Positions 9,328-18,392 of a stretch of DNA of 28,317 nucleotides are shown here, in pieces (within the stretch, counting starts at the first letter, position 1; each line of letters starts with the position of its first letter). This DNA comes from Eubacteriales bacterium. Lineage in GTDB: Bacteria > Bacillota > Clostridia > Christensenellales > CAG-138. The stretch covers positions 1 to 28,317 of the forward strand of contig JAQVML010000001.1 of assembly GCA_028703645.1 (NCBI GenBank). The letters run 5' to 3'. A model generated the notes under the pieces. The model made no database searches. It saw only the letters and a program-made list of their open reading frames with translations, and had not been told where the DNA came from. The position numbers and the translations under genes were made by a program.

Positions 9328-9735
9328 TTAAACTCTTCTGCGCTTGGGCGGGCGGCATCCGTTGTGCGGAATGGGCGTCACGTCCTTGATCATGTTGACA
9401 TCCAGGCCTGCGGTCTGCAGGGCGCGGATTGCCGACTCACGGCCGGAGCCGGGGCCTTTGACATAGACCTCAACGGTCTTGAGGCCGTGCTCCATCGCGC
9501 CGCGCGCGGCGGTCTCCGCCGCCATCTGCGCTGCAAACGGCGTGGACTTCTTCGAACCGCGGAACCCGAGCGAACCCGCGCTCGACCAGCTCAGGGCGTT
9601 GCCCTGCAGGTCGGTGATGGTCACCAGGGTGTTGTTGAAGGAGGAGCGGATGTGCGCTGCCCCGCGCTCAATGTTCTTGCGCTCGCGGCGCTTGCGCGTG
9701 GTGGCGGTCTTCTTGACTTGCTTTGCTGCTGCCAT
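9328..9735 (-). CDS. rpsK: 30S ribosomal protein S11
   Basis: [53 protein letters not shown]. Confidence 0.99.
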   Translation of the reverse strand: MAAAKQVKKTATTRKRRERKNIERGAAHIRSSFNNTLVTITDLQGNALSWSSAGSLGFRGSKKSTPFAAQMAAETAARGAMEHGLKTVEVYVKGPGSGRESAIRALQTAGLDVNMIKDVTPIPHNGCRPPKRRRV

Positions 9736-9750
9736 AATCGCTTTTCCTCC

Positions 9751-10119
9751 TTACCGTTTCTTGCCGCTCTGCGAGCGCTTGGGTCCCTTGCGCGTGCGAG
9801 CGTTCTGCTTGGTGCTCTGTCCGCGAACAGGCAGACCTTTACGGTGCCGTACGCCGCGGTAGCAGCCGATTTCAATCAGCCGCTTGATGTTCATCGAGGT
9901 TTCGCGGCGAAGATCGCCTTCCACCTTGACGTGGTGATCAATGTAGTCTCTCAGTTTAGAGACGTCGCTTTCCGCCAAGTCGCGGACGCGGATGTCGGGG
10001 TCGACACCGGTCGCGGACAATATTTCCAAAGCGGTCTTGTGGCCGATCCCATAGATATAGGTCAAGCCGTACTCGATCCGTTTGTCTCTGGGAAGGTCAA
10101 CGCCAGAAATACGTGCCAT
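9751..10119 (-). CDS. rpsM: 30S ribosomal protein S13
   Basis: [53 protein letters not shown]. Confidence 0.99.
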   Translation of the reverse strand: MARISGVDLPRDKRIEYGLTYIYGIGHKTALEILSATGVDPDIRVRDLAESDVSKLRDYIDHHVKVEGDLRRETSMNIKRLIEIGCYRGVRHRKGLPVRGQSTKQNARTRKGPKRSQSGKKR

Positions 10120-10238
10120 ATCGTTCCTTTACCTCCGTAAATAGTCGTGGATGGTTATTTATATCAGCATCCGCCGGAAACGTAAATCATGGTCTCCCAT
10201 CCCTTACGCAGCCGCTCCGACGGTTTTGTTCCTGAAAA

Positions 10239-10352
10239 TCAGCCCTGCTTCTGTTTGTGCTTGGGGTTTTCGCAGATAACCATGATGCGGCCTTTGCGCT
10301 TGATGATCTTGCATTTCTCGCAAATGGGTTTCACACTCGGTCTTACTTTCAT
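10239..10352 (-). CDS. rpmJ: 50S ribosomal protein L36 (Zn-binding form); absent from the ORF track
   Basis: Hand-translated [37 protein letters not shown] (37 aa); AAGGAG RBS; canonical position between infA and rpsM. Confidence 0.98.
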   Translation of the reverse strand: MKVRPSVKPICEKCKIIKRKGRIMVICENPKHKQKQG

Positions 10353-10465
10353 GGTGGTTCTCCTTTCGCTTCCTATCGTCGAAAAATCATTTTTCTAAAA
10401 AGCTGCGCTTTGATGAATCCAGACTTGTTCTCATCTCGTTTCGCAAAACGCCGCTCTTTTCAAAA

Positions 10466-10687
10466 TCAGTTCTTGCCGCGCCAGGTGATGCGCCCGCGTG
10501 ACAGATCGTACGGAGAGAGCTCCACGGTGACCCTGTCACCCGGCAGAATCCGAATGAAATTCATTCGAAGCTTCCCCGAAATCGTTGCGAGTATCTTGTG
10601 ACCGTTCTGGAGCTTTACCTCGAACATAGCGTTCGGGAAGGAATCCGAAACGACACCTTCTACTTCAATAACGTCCTGTTTTGACAA
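10466..10687 (-). CDS. infA: translation initiation factor IF-1 (TTG start)
   Basis: [49 protein letters not shown]; AGGAGG RBS. Confidence 0.99.
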   Translation of the reverse strand: MSKQDVIEVEGVVSDSFPNAMFEVKLQNGHKILATISGKLRMNFIRILPGDRVTVELSPYDLSRGRITWRGKN

Positions 10688-10760
10688 GCTATCCCTCCTA
10701 ATTTGTCTGTCTCAACACGGTTTGATCAAACCTTGATTTCGCAAAGTTGTATTGCGGAAT

Positions 10761-11036
10761 CTAACCGATGTTGTAACCGAATAATTTTAACGCATTTCGC
10801 ACATCCGCGTCCAGTATTTCTTTACTTTCTGCGAATTTTTTTGCAATTTCGTCCGATTTTGGGGGCTCAATGTGCAAATGCGAGAGCTTTTTCTTCTTCG
10901 GTCGCGCAAGTTTTCGCGTTTCCCCGTCGCTTAAAAGCACATGGTTCTCATCCGCTATTCCGACGATGAGGAATGCTCTGCCTTTATCATGCCCGGCTCG
11001 CGAGGTGCAAACCCTGCCGATCACCGGTTCGTTCAT
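10761..11036 (-). CDS. KOW-domain RNA-binding protein (L14e-like)
   Basis: GRVCTSRAGHDKGRAFLIV..D...LSDGETRKLARPKKKK.SHL; sits between map and infA with an ATGA overlap. Confidence 0.85.
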   Translation of the reverse strand: MNEPVIGRVCTSRAGHDKGRAFLIVGIADENHVLLSDGETRKLARPKKKKLSHLHIEPPKSDEIAKKFAESKEILDADVRNALKLFGYNIG

Positions 11037-11812
11037 GCGCGCTCTTCCTCCTCGTGCAGGGTCAGAAGTCTCGGTTCCCCTTCGGTGATCAGTACGGTGT
11101 TTTCATAGTGCGCGGAAGGTTTGCCGTCCGCCGTAACGACCGTCCAGCCGTCGTCGAGCTGGTACACGCGATGCGTTCCCAGATTGATCATCGGCTCAAT
11201 CGCAATGGTCATGCCCGCTTCCAGTCTTGCCCCGCGCCCGAAGCGCGTGTTGTCCCAGAAGTTTGGCACCTCGGGATCTTCGTGCATATGCCGTCCAATC
11301 CCGTGTCCAACCAGGTCGCGTACCACGCCGTAGCCGTGTGCCTGCGCGTGCGCCTGCACCGCTCTTGCGATATCCGAGATACGGCAACCGGGTTTGGCAA
11401 AACGAATTCCTTCGAAGAAGCATTCCTTCGTCACGCGGACGAGTTCTTGCGTCTCCTCCGGCACGTTGCCGATGAGCACCGTGCGCGCTGCGTCTCCGTG
11501 AAACCCGTTTTTACACGCGCCTACGTCCAGAGAAAGAATATCTCCGTCCTTGAGGCGGACATGCCCGGGAATTCCGTGAACCACCTGCGCGTTGATCGAG
11601 GTGCAGATGCTCTTCGGATAGCCATTGTAGTTCAGAAACGAGGCTTCCGCGCCGCGGCTCTTGATGTAAGAAGCCGCGATGTCGTCCAACTCCTGCGTCG
11701 TCATACCGATCTCGGCAGATTTCGCAAGCAGGTTCAGCGTCTCTTCTACAATGCGCCCCGCCTCGTCCATCTTTTCAATGTCGGAAGCGGACTTAATCGT
11801 GATCCCGCTCAT
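11033..11812 (-). CDS. map: type I methionine aminopeptidase
   Basis: YPKSICTSINAQVVHGIP, DVGA...GD, GHGIG, IEPM, HYENT metal ligands. Confidence 0.98.
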   Translation of the reverse strand: MSGITIKSASDIEKMDEAGRIVEETLNLLAKSAEIGMTTQELDDIAASYIKSRGAEASFLNYNGYPKSICTSINAQVVHGIPGHVRLKDGDILSLDVGACKNGFHGDAARTVLIGNVPEETQELVRVTKECFFEGIRFAKPGCRISDIARAVQAHAQAHGYGVVRDLVGHGIGRHMHEDPEVPNFWDNTRFGRGARLEAGMTIAIEPMINLGTHRVYQLDDGWTVVTADGKPSAHYENTVLITEGEPRLLTLHEEEERA

Positions 11813-12426
11813 TTTGAAAGCACCGCGCGGATTGCTGCGTCAACCGTATCGATATCCGCATTTCCGTTTACCGTATGCAGCAGGCCCTTTTTGATGTAGT
11901 AATCGATCAGGGGCTTGGTCGAGCGTTCGTAGACGACGAGGCGGTTACGCACCGTTTCTTCCTTATCGTCCTCGCGCTGATACAGCGCCGCACCGCAAAC
12001 GCAGTTTGGCTCCGCATAGGTAGACACATGGTACGCCGCCCCGCAGGATGCGCACATTCTCCGTCCGCTGATGCGCTTGATGAGCGTTTCAACCGGCACG
12101 TCGATGTTGATCACGTAGTCGATCTCGCTGATTGTTTCCAGCGCTTCCGCCTGCGCGATCTTGCGCGGAAATCCATCGAAGAGGAATCCGTTTTTGCAGT
12201 CCTCTTTTTGAATGCGGTTCTTCACCATCCCAAGGATGACGTCGTCCGGCACTAGTTCGCCGCGATCGATCAAATCTTTGGCTTCCTTGCCGAGCTTGGT
12301 TCCTTCACGCATTTCGGCGCGGAGCATGTCTCCCGTCGAAATATGCGCAATCTGGTACGTCTGGGCGATCTTGACCGCCTGTGTACCCTTTCCCGCGCCT
12401 GGCGGGCCTAAAAAAATCAGTTTCAT
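11809..12426 (-). CDS. adk: adenylate kinase
   Basis: GPPGAGKGTQA P-loop, STGDMLR, DGFPR, Cys-containing lid, QREDD. Confidence 0.99.
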   Translation of the reverse strand: MKLIFLGPPGAGKGTQAVKIAQTYQIAHISTGDMLRAEMREGTKLGKEAKDLIDRGELVPDDVILGMVKNRIQKEDCKNGFLFDGFPRKIAQAEALETISEIDYVINIDVPVETLIKRISGRRMCASCGAAYHVSTYAEPNCVCGAALYQREDDKEETVRNRLVVYERSTKPLIDYYIKKGLLHTVNGNADIDTVDAAIRAVLSK

Positions 12427-12605
12427 CGCGTTTCCTCCGGTCTAAGCGCGTTTCCGCATTGCTGCGCATTTGCTTCGCTTGTTCCGTTCATTCGCTGTTT
12501 GCGCTGCATCCCGCATTTCCGCGGAACCGGCGCGCCGGTAGGTTACCGGCACGCCATTGTCCGCTTGTAAGCTTTGCGGGCGCAAAACGCCAGCCGCGTG
12601 TTTGA

Positions 12606-13862
12606 TTAGTTAAGGAATCCCTTGTAGTGGCGCATGAGCATGTGGCTTTCGAGCTGGTTCGTCGTCTCAAGGGCAACGTTGACCATGATCAGCACACTGG
12701 TTGCACCAAACGCGCTGCTCTCCGCCATGCCTCTCATCGCCAGCTGAGGGAAGATCGCAACCACCGCGAGGAAGAGCGAGCCGAACAGCGTGAGGCGTCC
12801 GGAGATCTTTCCGAGGTAGTCGCTCGTCGGCTTGCCGGGGCGAATGCCCGTGATGAAGCCGCCGTTTTGCTGCAGGTTCTTCGACATTTCGATCGGATTA
12901 AACGTCACGCTCGAATAGAAGAATCCGAAGCCGATGATCAACAGCGCATAGATGACGTAGTAGATCGCGCTGTTCGTGCCCATATACGTTTTATAGAACG
13001 CATAGAACGCGCCGTCCGGCTTGAACTGGGCAATCATGCCCGGGAACTGCAGGAACGTGAGCGCGAAGATCAGCGGCAGAACGCCGTTGGAGTTCGCCCT
13101 GATCGGCAGATAGGTGCTCTGTCCGCCATACATCTTGCGTCCGACCACGCGCTTTGCATACTGCACGGGGATGCGGCGCTGCGCCTGATCCACATGGGTC
13201 ACCAGCGTGATGAGTCCGACAACCAGAATCGTCAGAAGCAGCAGTTCCCAGATGGGAAGCGTACCGACGAAGAGCTGTTGACCGAGGCTGATGAACGTCT
13301 TGGGTACGCGCGAAACGATGGATGCAAAGATCAGCATCGAAACGCCGTTGCCGATTCCGTCCTCGGTGATACGCTCGCCCAACCACATTAAGAATGCGGT
13401 ACCTGCGGTGGAGCAAATGCCAATGGTGGCATACGTCAGCCAGCTGGTGTCGACCAGATACTGGGTACCGAGGCCGATGAAGATACCGATGGACTGAACC
13501 ATGGCCAGCGCAATACCGGTATAACGGGTGATTTTCTCGATCTTGATCTTCCCGTCCTCCTCCTTGCTCATGCGCTCCAATGCAGGAATCGCAATGGTCA
13601 GGAGTTGGATGATAATCGACGCGTTGATATAGGGTGAAATACCCATCGCAAAGATCGTAAACTGGCTGAACGAACTACCAGTGAGCAGATCGAGAAAGCC
13701 GAGAATGTCGTATTGCGACACGGCGCTCTTGAGGAGCACCGTATTGACGCCGGGAATCGGAATGAAACTTCCGAGCCGGTAGACCACGATCAGCAGAAGC
13801 GTAATGAGCATCTTCTTGCGGATCTCTTTGATCTTAAACGCGTTGATATATGTCTGGAACAT
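12606..13862 (-). CDS. secY: preprotein translocase subunit SecY
   Basis: IYRLG-like VYRLGSFIPIPG, IFAMGISPYINASII, WLGERIT..GIGNGVS, IPVQYAKR, GIRPGKPT; TAATG overlap with rplO. Confidence 0.99.
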   Translation of the reverse strand: MFQTYINAFKIKEIRKKMLITLLLIVVYRLGSFIPIPGVNTVLLKSAVSQYDILGFLDLLTGSSFSQFTIFAMGISPYINASIIIQLLTIAIPALERMSKEEDGKIKIEKITRYTGIALAMVQSIGIFIGLGTQYLVDTSWLTYATIGICSTAGTAFLMWLGERITEDGIGNGVSMLIFASIVSRVPKTFISLGQQLFVGTLPIWELLLLTILVVGLITLVTHVDQAQRRIPVQYAKRVVGRKMYGGQSTYLPIRANSNGVLPLIFALTFLQFPGMIAQFKPDGAFYAFYKTYMGTNSAIYYVIYALLIIGFGFFYSSVTFNPIEMSKNLQQNGGFITGIRPGKPTSDYLGKISGRLTLFGSLFLAVVAIFPQLAMRGMAESSAFGATSVLIMVNVALETTNQLESHMLMRHYKGFLN

Positions 13863-14305
13863 TAGCCGATCACCTCAACACTTCCACCGGCAGCCTTGAT
13901 CGCAGTCTGAGCGGATTGAGAGAACTTCGCCGCCTTAACGTCCAGTTTCTTCGTCAGCTCGCCGCCGCCCAAAACCTTCAGGCCGTCCTTTTCGATCTTG
14001 CTGATCATGCCGGATTTCTTCAGCAGTTCAGCCGTCACTACGGTGCCGTTCTCCAACCCGTCGAGGTCGGAAACGTTGATAATCGTGTATTCTTTTCCAA
14101 AGATATTGGTAAAGCCGCGCTTCGGCAAACGGCGTGCAAGCGGCATCTGTCCGCCTTCAAAACCGTTCTTTTTGCTACCGCTGCGTGCCTTCTGGCCCTT
14201 GTGACCCTTCGTAGAGGTCTTGCCCATACCGCTGCCGGTACCACGACCGATGCGCTTGGGGGCTTTGACCGAACCGGGGGCGGGCGATAATTCATGGAGT
14301 TTCAT
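13862..14305 (-). CDS. rplO: 50S ribosomal protein L15
   Basis: [48 protein letters not shown]. Confidence 0.99.
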   Translation of the reverse strand: MKLHELSPAPGSVKAPKRIGRGTGSGMGKTSTKGHKGQKARSGSKKNGFEGGQMPLARRLPKRGFTNIFGKEYTIINVSDLDGLENGTVVTAELLKKSGMISKIEKDGLKVLGGGELTKKLDVKAAKFSQSAQTAIKAAGGSVEVIG

Positions 14306-14323
14306 GATGCACGTCCTCCTGCC

Positions 14324-14527
14324 TTAAACTTCTTCCACCGTGATCAGGTGCTTGACCTTAAAGATCATGCCGCGCGTGCAGGCGTTATCCGGCTGGGTAA
14401 CGGTGCTATGGAGCTTTTTGAGGCCCAGCGCGACGACCGTCGCCTGCTGATCTTTCAGGCAGCCGATCGGGCTCTTAACGAGCGTTATCTTGAGTTTTTT
14501 GGCCTCCGCCGCTGTTGCTTTCGCCAT
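14324..14527 (-). CDS. rpmD: 50S ribosomal protein L30; start corrected to ATG 14527
   Basis: [12 protein letters not shown]...ALGLKK...[15 protein letters not shown]; GGAGG upstream of ATG 14527. Confidence 0.95.
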   Translation of the reverse strand: MAKATAAEAKKLKITLVKSPIGCLKDQQATVVALGLKKLHSTVTQPDNACTRGMIFKVKHLITVEEV

Positions 14528-14540
14528 TGTAGCGTCCTCC

Positions 14541-15050
14541 TTAACCCAAGATCTCTTCCACGGACTTGCCGCGGGCCTTGGCAATCTGCTCCACCGTGCG
14601 CAGCTGGCTCAGGCCTTCAATGGTGGCCTTGACGCAGTTGCTGGGGTTGTTGGAGCCATAAGATTTCGTACGGATATCGCGAATGCCAACCATTTCGAGC
14701 ACTGCACGAGCGGGGCCGCCTGCGATAACGCCGGTACCTTCTTCAGCGGGCAGCATGCGGACATGCCCCTTGCTGAATCTGCCTTCCACGGCGTGGGGAA
14801 TCGTTGTACCCACGATGGGAACATCGACCATATGACGCTTCGCGTCTTCAACGCCCTTACGAACGGCTTCCGGAATTTCCGCGGCTTTGCCGAGGCCAAC
14901 GCCGACTTTGCCTTTTTCGTTTCCGACGACCATCAGCGCGGTGAACCGGAAGTTCTTACCACCCTTGACAACCTTCGCAACACGATTGATCGAAACCAGG
15001 CGCTCTTTGAATTCGCTGGGCTCTTTCTCGAATCTCCTGTTGTTTTGCAT
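14541..15050 (-). CDS. rpsE: 30S ribosomal protein S5
   Basis: [45 protein letters not shown]. Confidence 0.99.
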   Translation of the reverse strand: MQNNRRFEKEPSEFKERLVSINRVAKVVKGGKNFRFTALMVVGNEKGKVGVGLGKAAEIPEAVRKGVEDAKRHMVDVPIVGTTIPHAVEGRFSKGHVRMLPAEEGTGVIAGGPARAVLEMVGIRDIRTKSYGSNNPSNCVKATIEGLSQLRTVEQIAKARGKSVEEILG

Positions 15051-15062
15051 GTTCGTTCCTCC

Positions 15063-15431
15063 TTAGAAGTCCAGCCCGGCTTTGCGAGCGCCGTCCGCGA
15101 GTGCGGCTACGCGCCCGGTGTAGAGGTAACCACTACGGTCGAACACGACCTTGGTGACTCCCTTCGCCTTAGCGCGTGCGCCAACGAGTTCGCCGACGAG
15201 AGCGGCTTGTTCAACCTTGCTCTTGCCCTCCAGCTTGCCCTTGATGTCGGCGTCCAGCGTGGAAGCTGCGACCAAGGTGTTTCCAACGGTGTCATCGATC
15301 ACCTGCGCGTAGATGTGTGTGGTGCTGCGGTAAACGTTCAAACGGGGACGCTCTGCGGTACCAACGATATTCTTGCGCATGCGGTAATGACGATCCACGC
15401 GAATCGCGTTTTTATCGATTTTGCTAAACAT
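15063..15431 (-). CDS. rplR: 50S ribosomal protein L18
   Basis: [46 protein letters not shown]. Confidence 0.99.
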   Translation of the reverse strand: MFSKIDKNAIRVDRHYRMRKNIVGTAERPRLNVYRSTTHIYAQVIDDTVGNTLVAASTLDADIKGKLEGKSKVEQAALVGELVGARAKAKGVTKVVFDRSGYLYTGRVAALADGARKAGLDF

Positions 15432-15452
15432 CTTTCGTCACTCCTTCCTGCT

Positions 15453-15992
15453 TTACTTACCGGTCTTGCCTTCCTTGCGGCGAACGATCTCGTTCTCATA
15501 GCGAATGCCTTTGCCCTTGTAGGGTTCGGGCGGACGCACCGCGCGGATATCGGCGGCCACTTGGCCAACCTTCTGTTTATTGATGCCCTTGACCGTAATC
15601 TTCGTGGGAGCCGGAACATCAAAGCTGATGCCCGCGGGCGCCGGGAAGTTCACAGGATGGGAGTAACCGACGTTGATCACGAGGCCAGTGCCCTGCACCT
15701 GTACTTTGTAGCCGACGCCAACGATCTCAAGCTTCTTTTCATAGCCGGTGGTTGCACCAACGACCATGTTGTTGATGAGCGTACGGGTCAAGCCGTGCAG
15801 CGAGCGGTGGCGCTTGTCGTCACTGGGACGTTTGACGGTGAGTACACCGGCATCCTGCTCGATCACCATCTCTGAAGAGACTTTTTCGGTGAGCGTGCCT
15901 TTCGGACCTTTTACGGTGACGACGTTGCCGTCTTCGACCGTAATTGTCACTCCGGCAGGAATGCTGACCGGAAGTTTTCCGATACGAGACAT
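15453..15992 (-). CDS. rplF: 50S ribosomal protein L6
   Basis: [40 protein letters not shown]. Confidence 0.99.
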   Translation of the reverse strand: MSRIGKLPVSIPAGVTITVEDGNVVTVKGPKGTLTEKVSSEMVIEQDAGVLTVKRPSDDKRHRSLHGLTRTLINNMVVGATTGYEKKLEIVGVGYKVQVQGTGLVINVGYSHPVNFPAPAGISFDVPAPTKITVKGINKQKVGQVAADIRAVRPPEPYKGKGIRYENEIVRRKEGKTGK

Positions 15993-16097
15993 GTTGTTTT
16001 CTCCTTTTTAGTCTTATCATGCGGGCGCGGATGTCTGCTTCTCGGTCGTTCGCTTGCGGCAATCACACCGAAAAACGAGGCATCCGCCCTTTTTTGA

Positions 16098-16490
16098 TTA
16101 CCAAACGTAAGCCAGCACTTCGCCGCCAACGCCCTGCTTACGCGCTTCCCGGTCGGTCATAACGCCGCGGGAGGTGGAAACAATCGCGATGCCGAGGCCG
16201 CCGAGGACCTTGGGCATTTCGTCCTTGCGCGCATAGACGCGAAGGCCGGGGCGAGAGATGCGCTTGATGCCGACGATTACGCGCTGCTTGTTTGCGCCGT
16301 ACTTGAGCTGAATCCGAATCGTCTTCTTCTCGCCGTCCGCAATTACTTCGAAGCTTTTCACGTATCCTTCGTCCACGAGGATCTGCGCGATGGCCTTCTT
16401 CATCGTGGAAGCGGGGATTTCAACGGAATCATGCTTCGCAATCAGTGCGTTGCGGATACGTGTGAGCATATCGGCAATGGTGTCTGTCAT
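16098..16490 (-). CDS. rpsH: 30S ribosomal protein S8
   Basis: [48 protein letters not shown]. Confidence 0.99.
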   Translation of the reverse strand: MTDTIADMLTRIRNALIAKHDSVEIPASTMKKAIAQILVDEGYVKSFEVIADGEKKTIRIQLKYGANKQRVIVGIKRISRPGLRVYARKDEMPKVLGGLGIAIVSTSRGVMTDREARKQGVGGEVLAYVW

Positions 16491-16504
16491 GTTCGTTTCC
16501 TCCT

Positions 16505-16690
16505 TTACCAGCTTGCCTTGCGTACGCCGGGGATCTCGCCCTTATACGCCAGTTCGCGGAAGCAAATGCGGCAGACGCCATACTTGCGCAGAACCGAGTG
16601 GGGCCGACCGCAGATGCGGCAGCGGGTGTAAGCACGGCTGCTGAACTTCGGCTCGCGCGCCTGCTTTAATTTCATGCTTGTCTTTGCCAT
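16505..16690 (-). CDS. rpsZ: 30S ribosomal protein S14 type Z (Zn-binding)
   Basis: 61 aa, [35 protein letters not shown]. Confidence 0.98.
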   Translation of the reverse strand: MAKTSMKLKQAREPKFSSRAYTRCRICGRPHSVLRKYGVCRICFRELAYKGEIPGVRKASW

Positions 16691-16708
16691 TATTGCTTTC
16701 CTCCCTTA

Positions 16709-17626
16709 TCAGCCCTGCACAAACGGGATGCCAAGCTGCGTAAGCAGTTCTTTGCATTCTTCGTCGGTATTGGCGCTGGTGACGAACACAACGTTCATGC
16801 CGCGTACCTTGTCGACGTCGTCGTAGTTGATCTCCGGGAAGATCAGCTGTTCCTTGAGGCCGAGGGCGTAGTTGCCGCGCCCGTCAAACGCCTTTTCGGA
16901 TACGCCGCGGAAATCGCGAACGCGGGGCAGGACGATGTTGAAGAGCTTATCGACAAAGTAATACATCCGATCGCCACGGAGCGTTACCTTTGCGCCAATG
17001 GTCATGCCTTCGCGAACTTTGAAGTTTGCGACGCTCTTCTTGGCGCGGGTGGGTACTGCTCTCTGGCCTGCGATGGTGGTGAGTTCTTTGATCGCGGCTT
17101 CAATGCCCTTGGGGTTTTCCTTGTCGGTGCCAAGACCCATGTTGATGACGACCTTCTCCAGGTACGGAATCTGCATGACGTTCTCGTAGCCAAACTTTGT
17201 CTTCAGAGCGGGCGAGATCTCATCGATATAACGCTTCTTCAAACGCGGCATACCTTCGAGTTTCTTCATGTCGCCCTGCGCGCCTTTGGCGGCCTTCTTG
17301 GCTGCGGGTTTTGCTGCTGTTTCGGCCTTTTTCTCGACCTTGGCTGCTGCTTCAGCCTTTTTCTCGACCTTGGCTGCTGCTTCCTTGACGGCACCCGCTG
17401 CTTTGGCAACCGTTTCCGCTGCCGCTTCGCTGACGGCTTCTGCCGCTTTTTCAGCGGTTCCCGCTGCGGCTTTGGCTGTCTTCTTCACGGCTTTTTCAAC
17501 GGTTTCTGCGGCTTCGGCGGCCTTGGGAGCTGCCTTCTTCGCGGCTTTCTTTACTTCTTCAACGACCGTTTCGGCTGCTGCTTCGACGGCGTCGGTTACG
17601 GTTTCAATGTCTTTCTTCGTTGCCAC
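16709..17626 (-). CDS. rplE: 50S ribosomal protein L5 with 125-aa Ala/Lys/Glu-rich N-terminal extension (GTG start)
   Basis: Core from 17251: RLKKRY...[57 protein letters not shown] lies 9 nt before GTG 17626, and there is no convincing RBS before the internal ATGs. Confidence 0.95.
   Translation of the reverse strand: MATKKDIETVTDAVEAAAETVVEEVKKAAKKAAPKAAEAAETVEKAVKKTAKAAAGTAEKAAEAVSEAAAETVAKAAGAVKEAAAKVEKKAEAAAKVEKKAETAAKPAAKKAAKGAQGDMKKLEGMPRLKKRYIDEISPALKTKFGYENVMQIPYLEKVVINMGLGTDKENPKGIEAAIKELTTIAGQRAVPTRAKKSVANFKVREGMTIGAKVTLRGDRMYYFVDKLFNIVLPRVRDFRGVSEKAFDGRGNYALGLKEQLIFPEINYDDVDKVRGMNVVFVTSANTDEECKELLTQLGIPFVQG
17321..17380. repeat. 30-nt tandem duplication (2 copies, 29/30 identical) in the L5 extension
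   Basis: ttcggcctttttctcgaccttggctgctgc / ttcagcctttttctcgaccttggctgctgc, encoding [10 protein letters not shown] twice. Confidence 0.95.
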
Positions 17627-17647
17627 TTGTCAGTTCCTCCTTCCGCC

Positions 17648-17989
17648 TTAGTCAATGACTTTACCGCACTTTTTGCAAACGCGGACACTCTTTTGCTTCT
17701 TCTCGCCGGAAATCTCAACTTCCTTGAGTTTGTGGGCGATGCGGGTGGGCTTATCGCACTTGGGGCACACCAGCATGACGTTAGAGGCATGGATGGGGCC
17801 TTCCTTTTCAATACGACCACCGGGCTGGCCTTGCTTACGGGGCTTCACGTGGCGAGTCACCATTGAGGTACCCTGCACGATCACGCGCTCGTCATCAGGC
17901 TGGGCCACCATGATCTTGCCCTTTTTGCCCTTGTCTTTGCCGGAGATGACAACGACGGTATCGCCTTTTTTGACGTTTAAGCTGTTCAT
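17648..17989 (-). CDS. rplX: 50S ribosomal protein L24
   Basis: VKKGDTVVVISGKDKGKKGK KOW motif, EGPIHASNVML, CPKC...CKKC. Confidence 0.99.
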   Translation of the reverse strand: MNSLNVKKGDTVVVISGKDKGKKGKIMVAQPDDERVIVQGTSMVTRHVKPRKQGQPGGRIEKEGPIHASNVMLVCPKCDKPTRIAHKLKEVEISGEKKQKSVRVCKKCGKVID

Positions 17990-18003
17990 GTCATTCTCCT
18001 CCT

Positions 18004-18372
18004 TTACAGTACTTCCGGTGCGAGGGACACGATTTTCATGTAGTCCTTCTCACGCAGTTCACGCGCCACGGGCCCAAAGATACGGGTGCCGCGGGGCTGT
18101 TTCTGGTCGTTGATGATGACGGCGGCATTGTCGTCGAAACGGATATAGCTTCCGTCCTGACGCTGAACGCCGGACACCGTGCGCACGACGACCGCGCGAA
18201 CGACATCCTTCTTCTTGACCGCGCCGCCCGGAGATGCGGACTTGACGCTGGCCACGATGACATCGCCAATATTGGCGGACTTACGGTAGGAACCGCCCAG
18301 CACGCGAATGCACATAATCTCTTTCGCGCCGCTGTTGTCCGCGACCTTTAATCTGGTTTGCGGTTGAATCAT
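18004..18372 (-). CDS. rplN: 50S ribosomal protein L14; start corrected to ATG 18372
   Basis: [46 protein letters not shown]. Confidence 0.99.
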   Translation of the reverse strand: MIQPQTRLKVADNSGAKEIMCIRVLGGSYRKSANIGDVIVASVKSASPGGAVKKKDVVRAVVVRTVSGVQRQDGSYIRFDDNAAVIINDQKQPRGTRIFGPVARELREKDYMKIVSLAPEVL

Positions 18373-18392
18373 ATTCCCAGTTCCTCCAGTCT

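Noticed and set aside
12442-12516. 24-aa minus-strand micro-ORF MRDAAQTANERNKRSKCAAMRKRA before adk
   Set aside because: No RBS; explained by the U-poor composition of the spacer.
14490-15875. 461-aa plus-strand ORF, and similar long ORFs at 9307-10140, 10973-11899, 19192-20436 and 20674-21477
   Set aside because: Antisense shadows of highly biased ribosomal genes in GC-rich DNA; no RBS and no recognisable domains.
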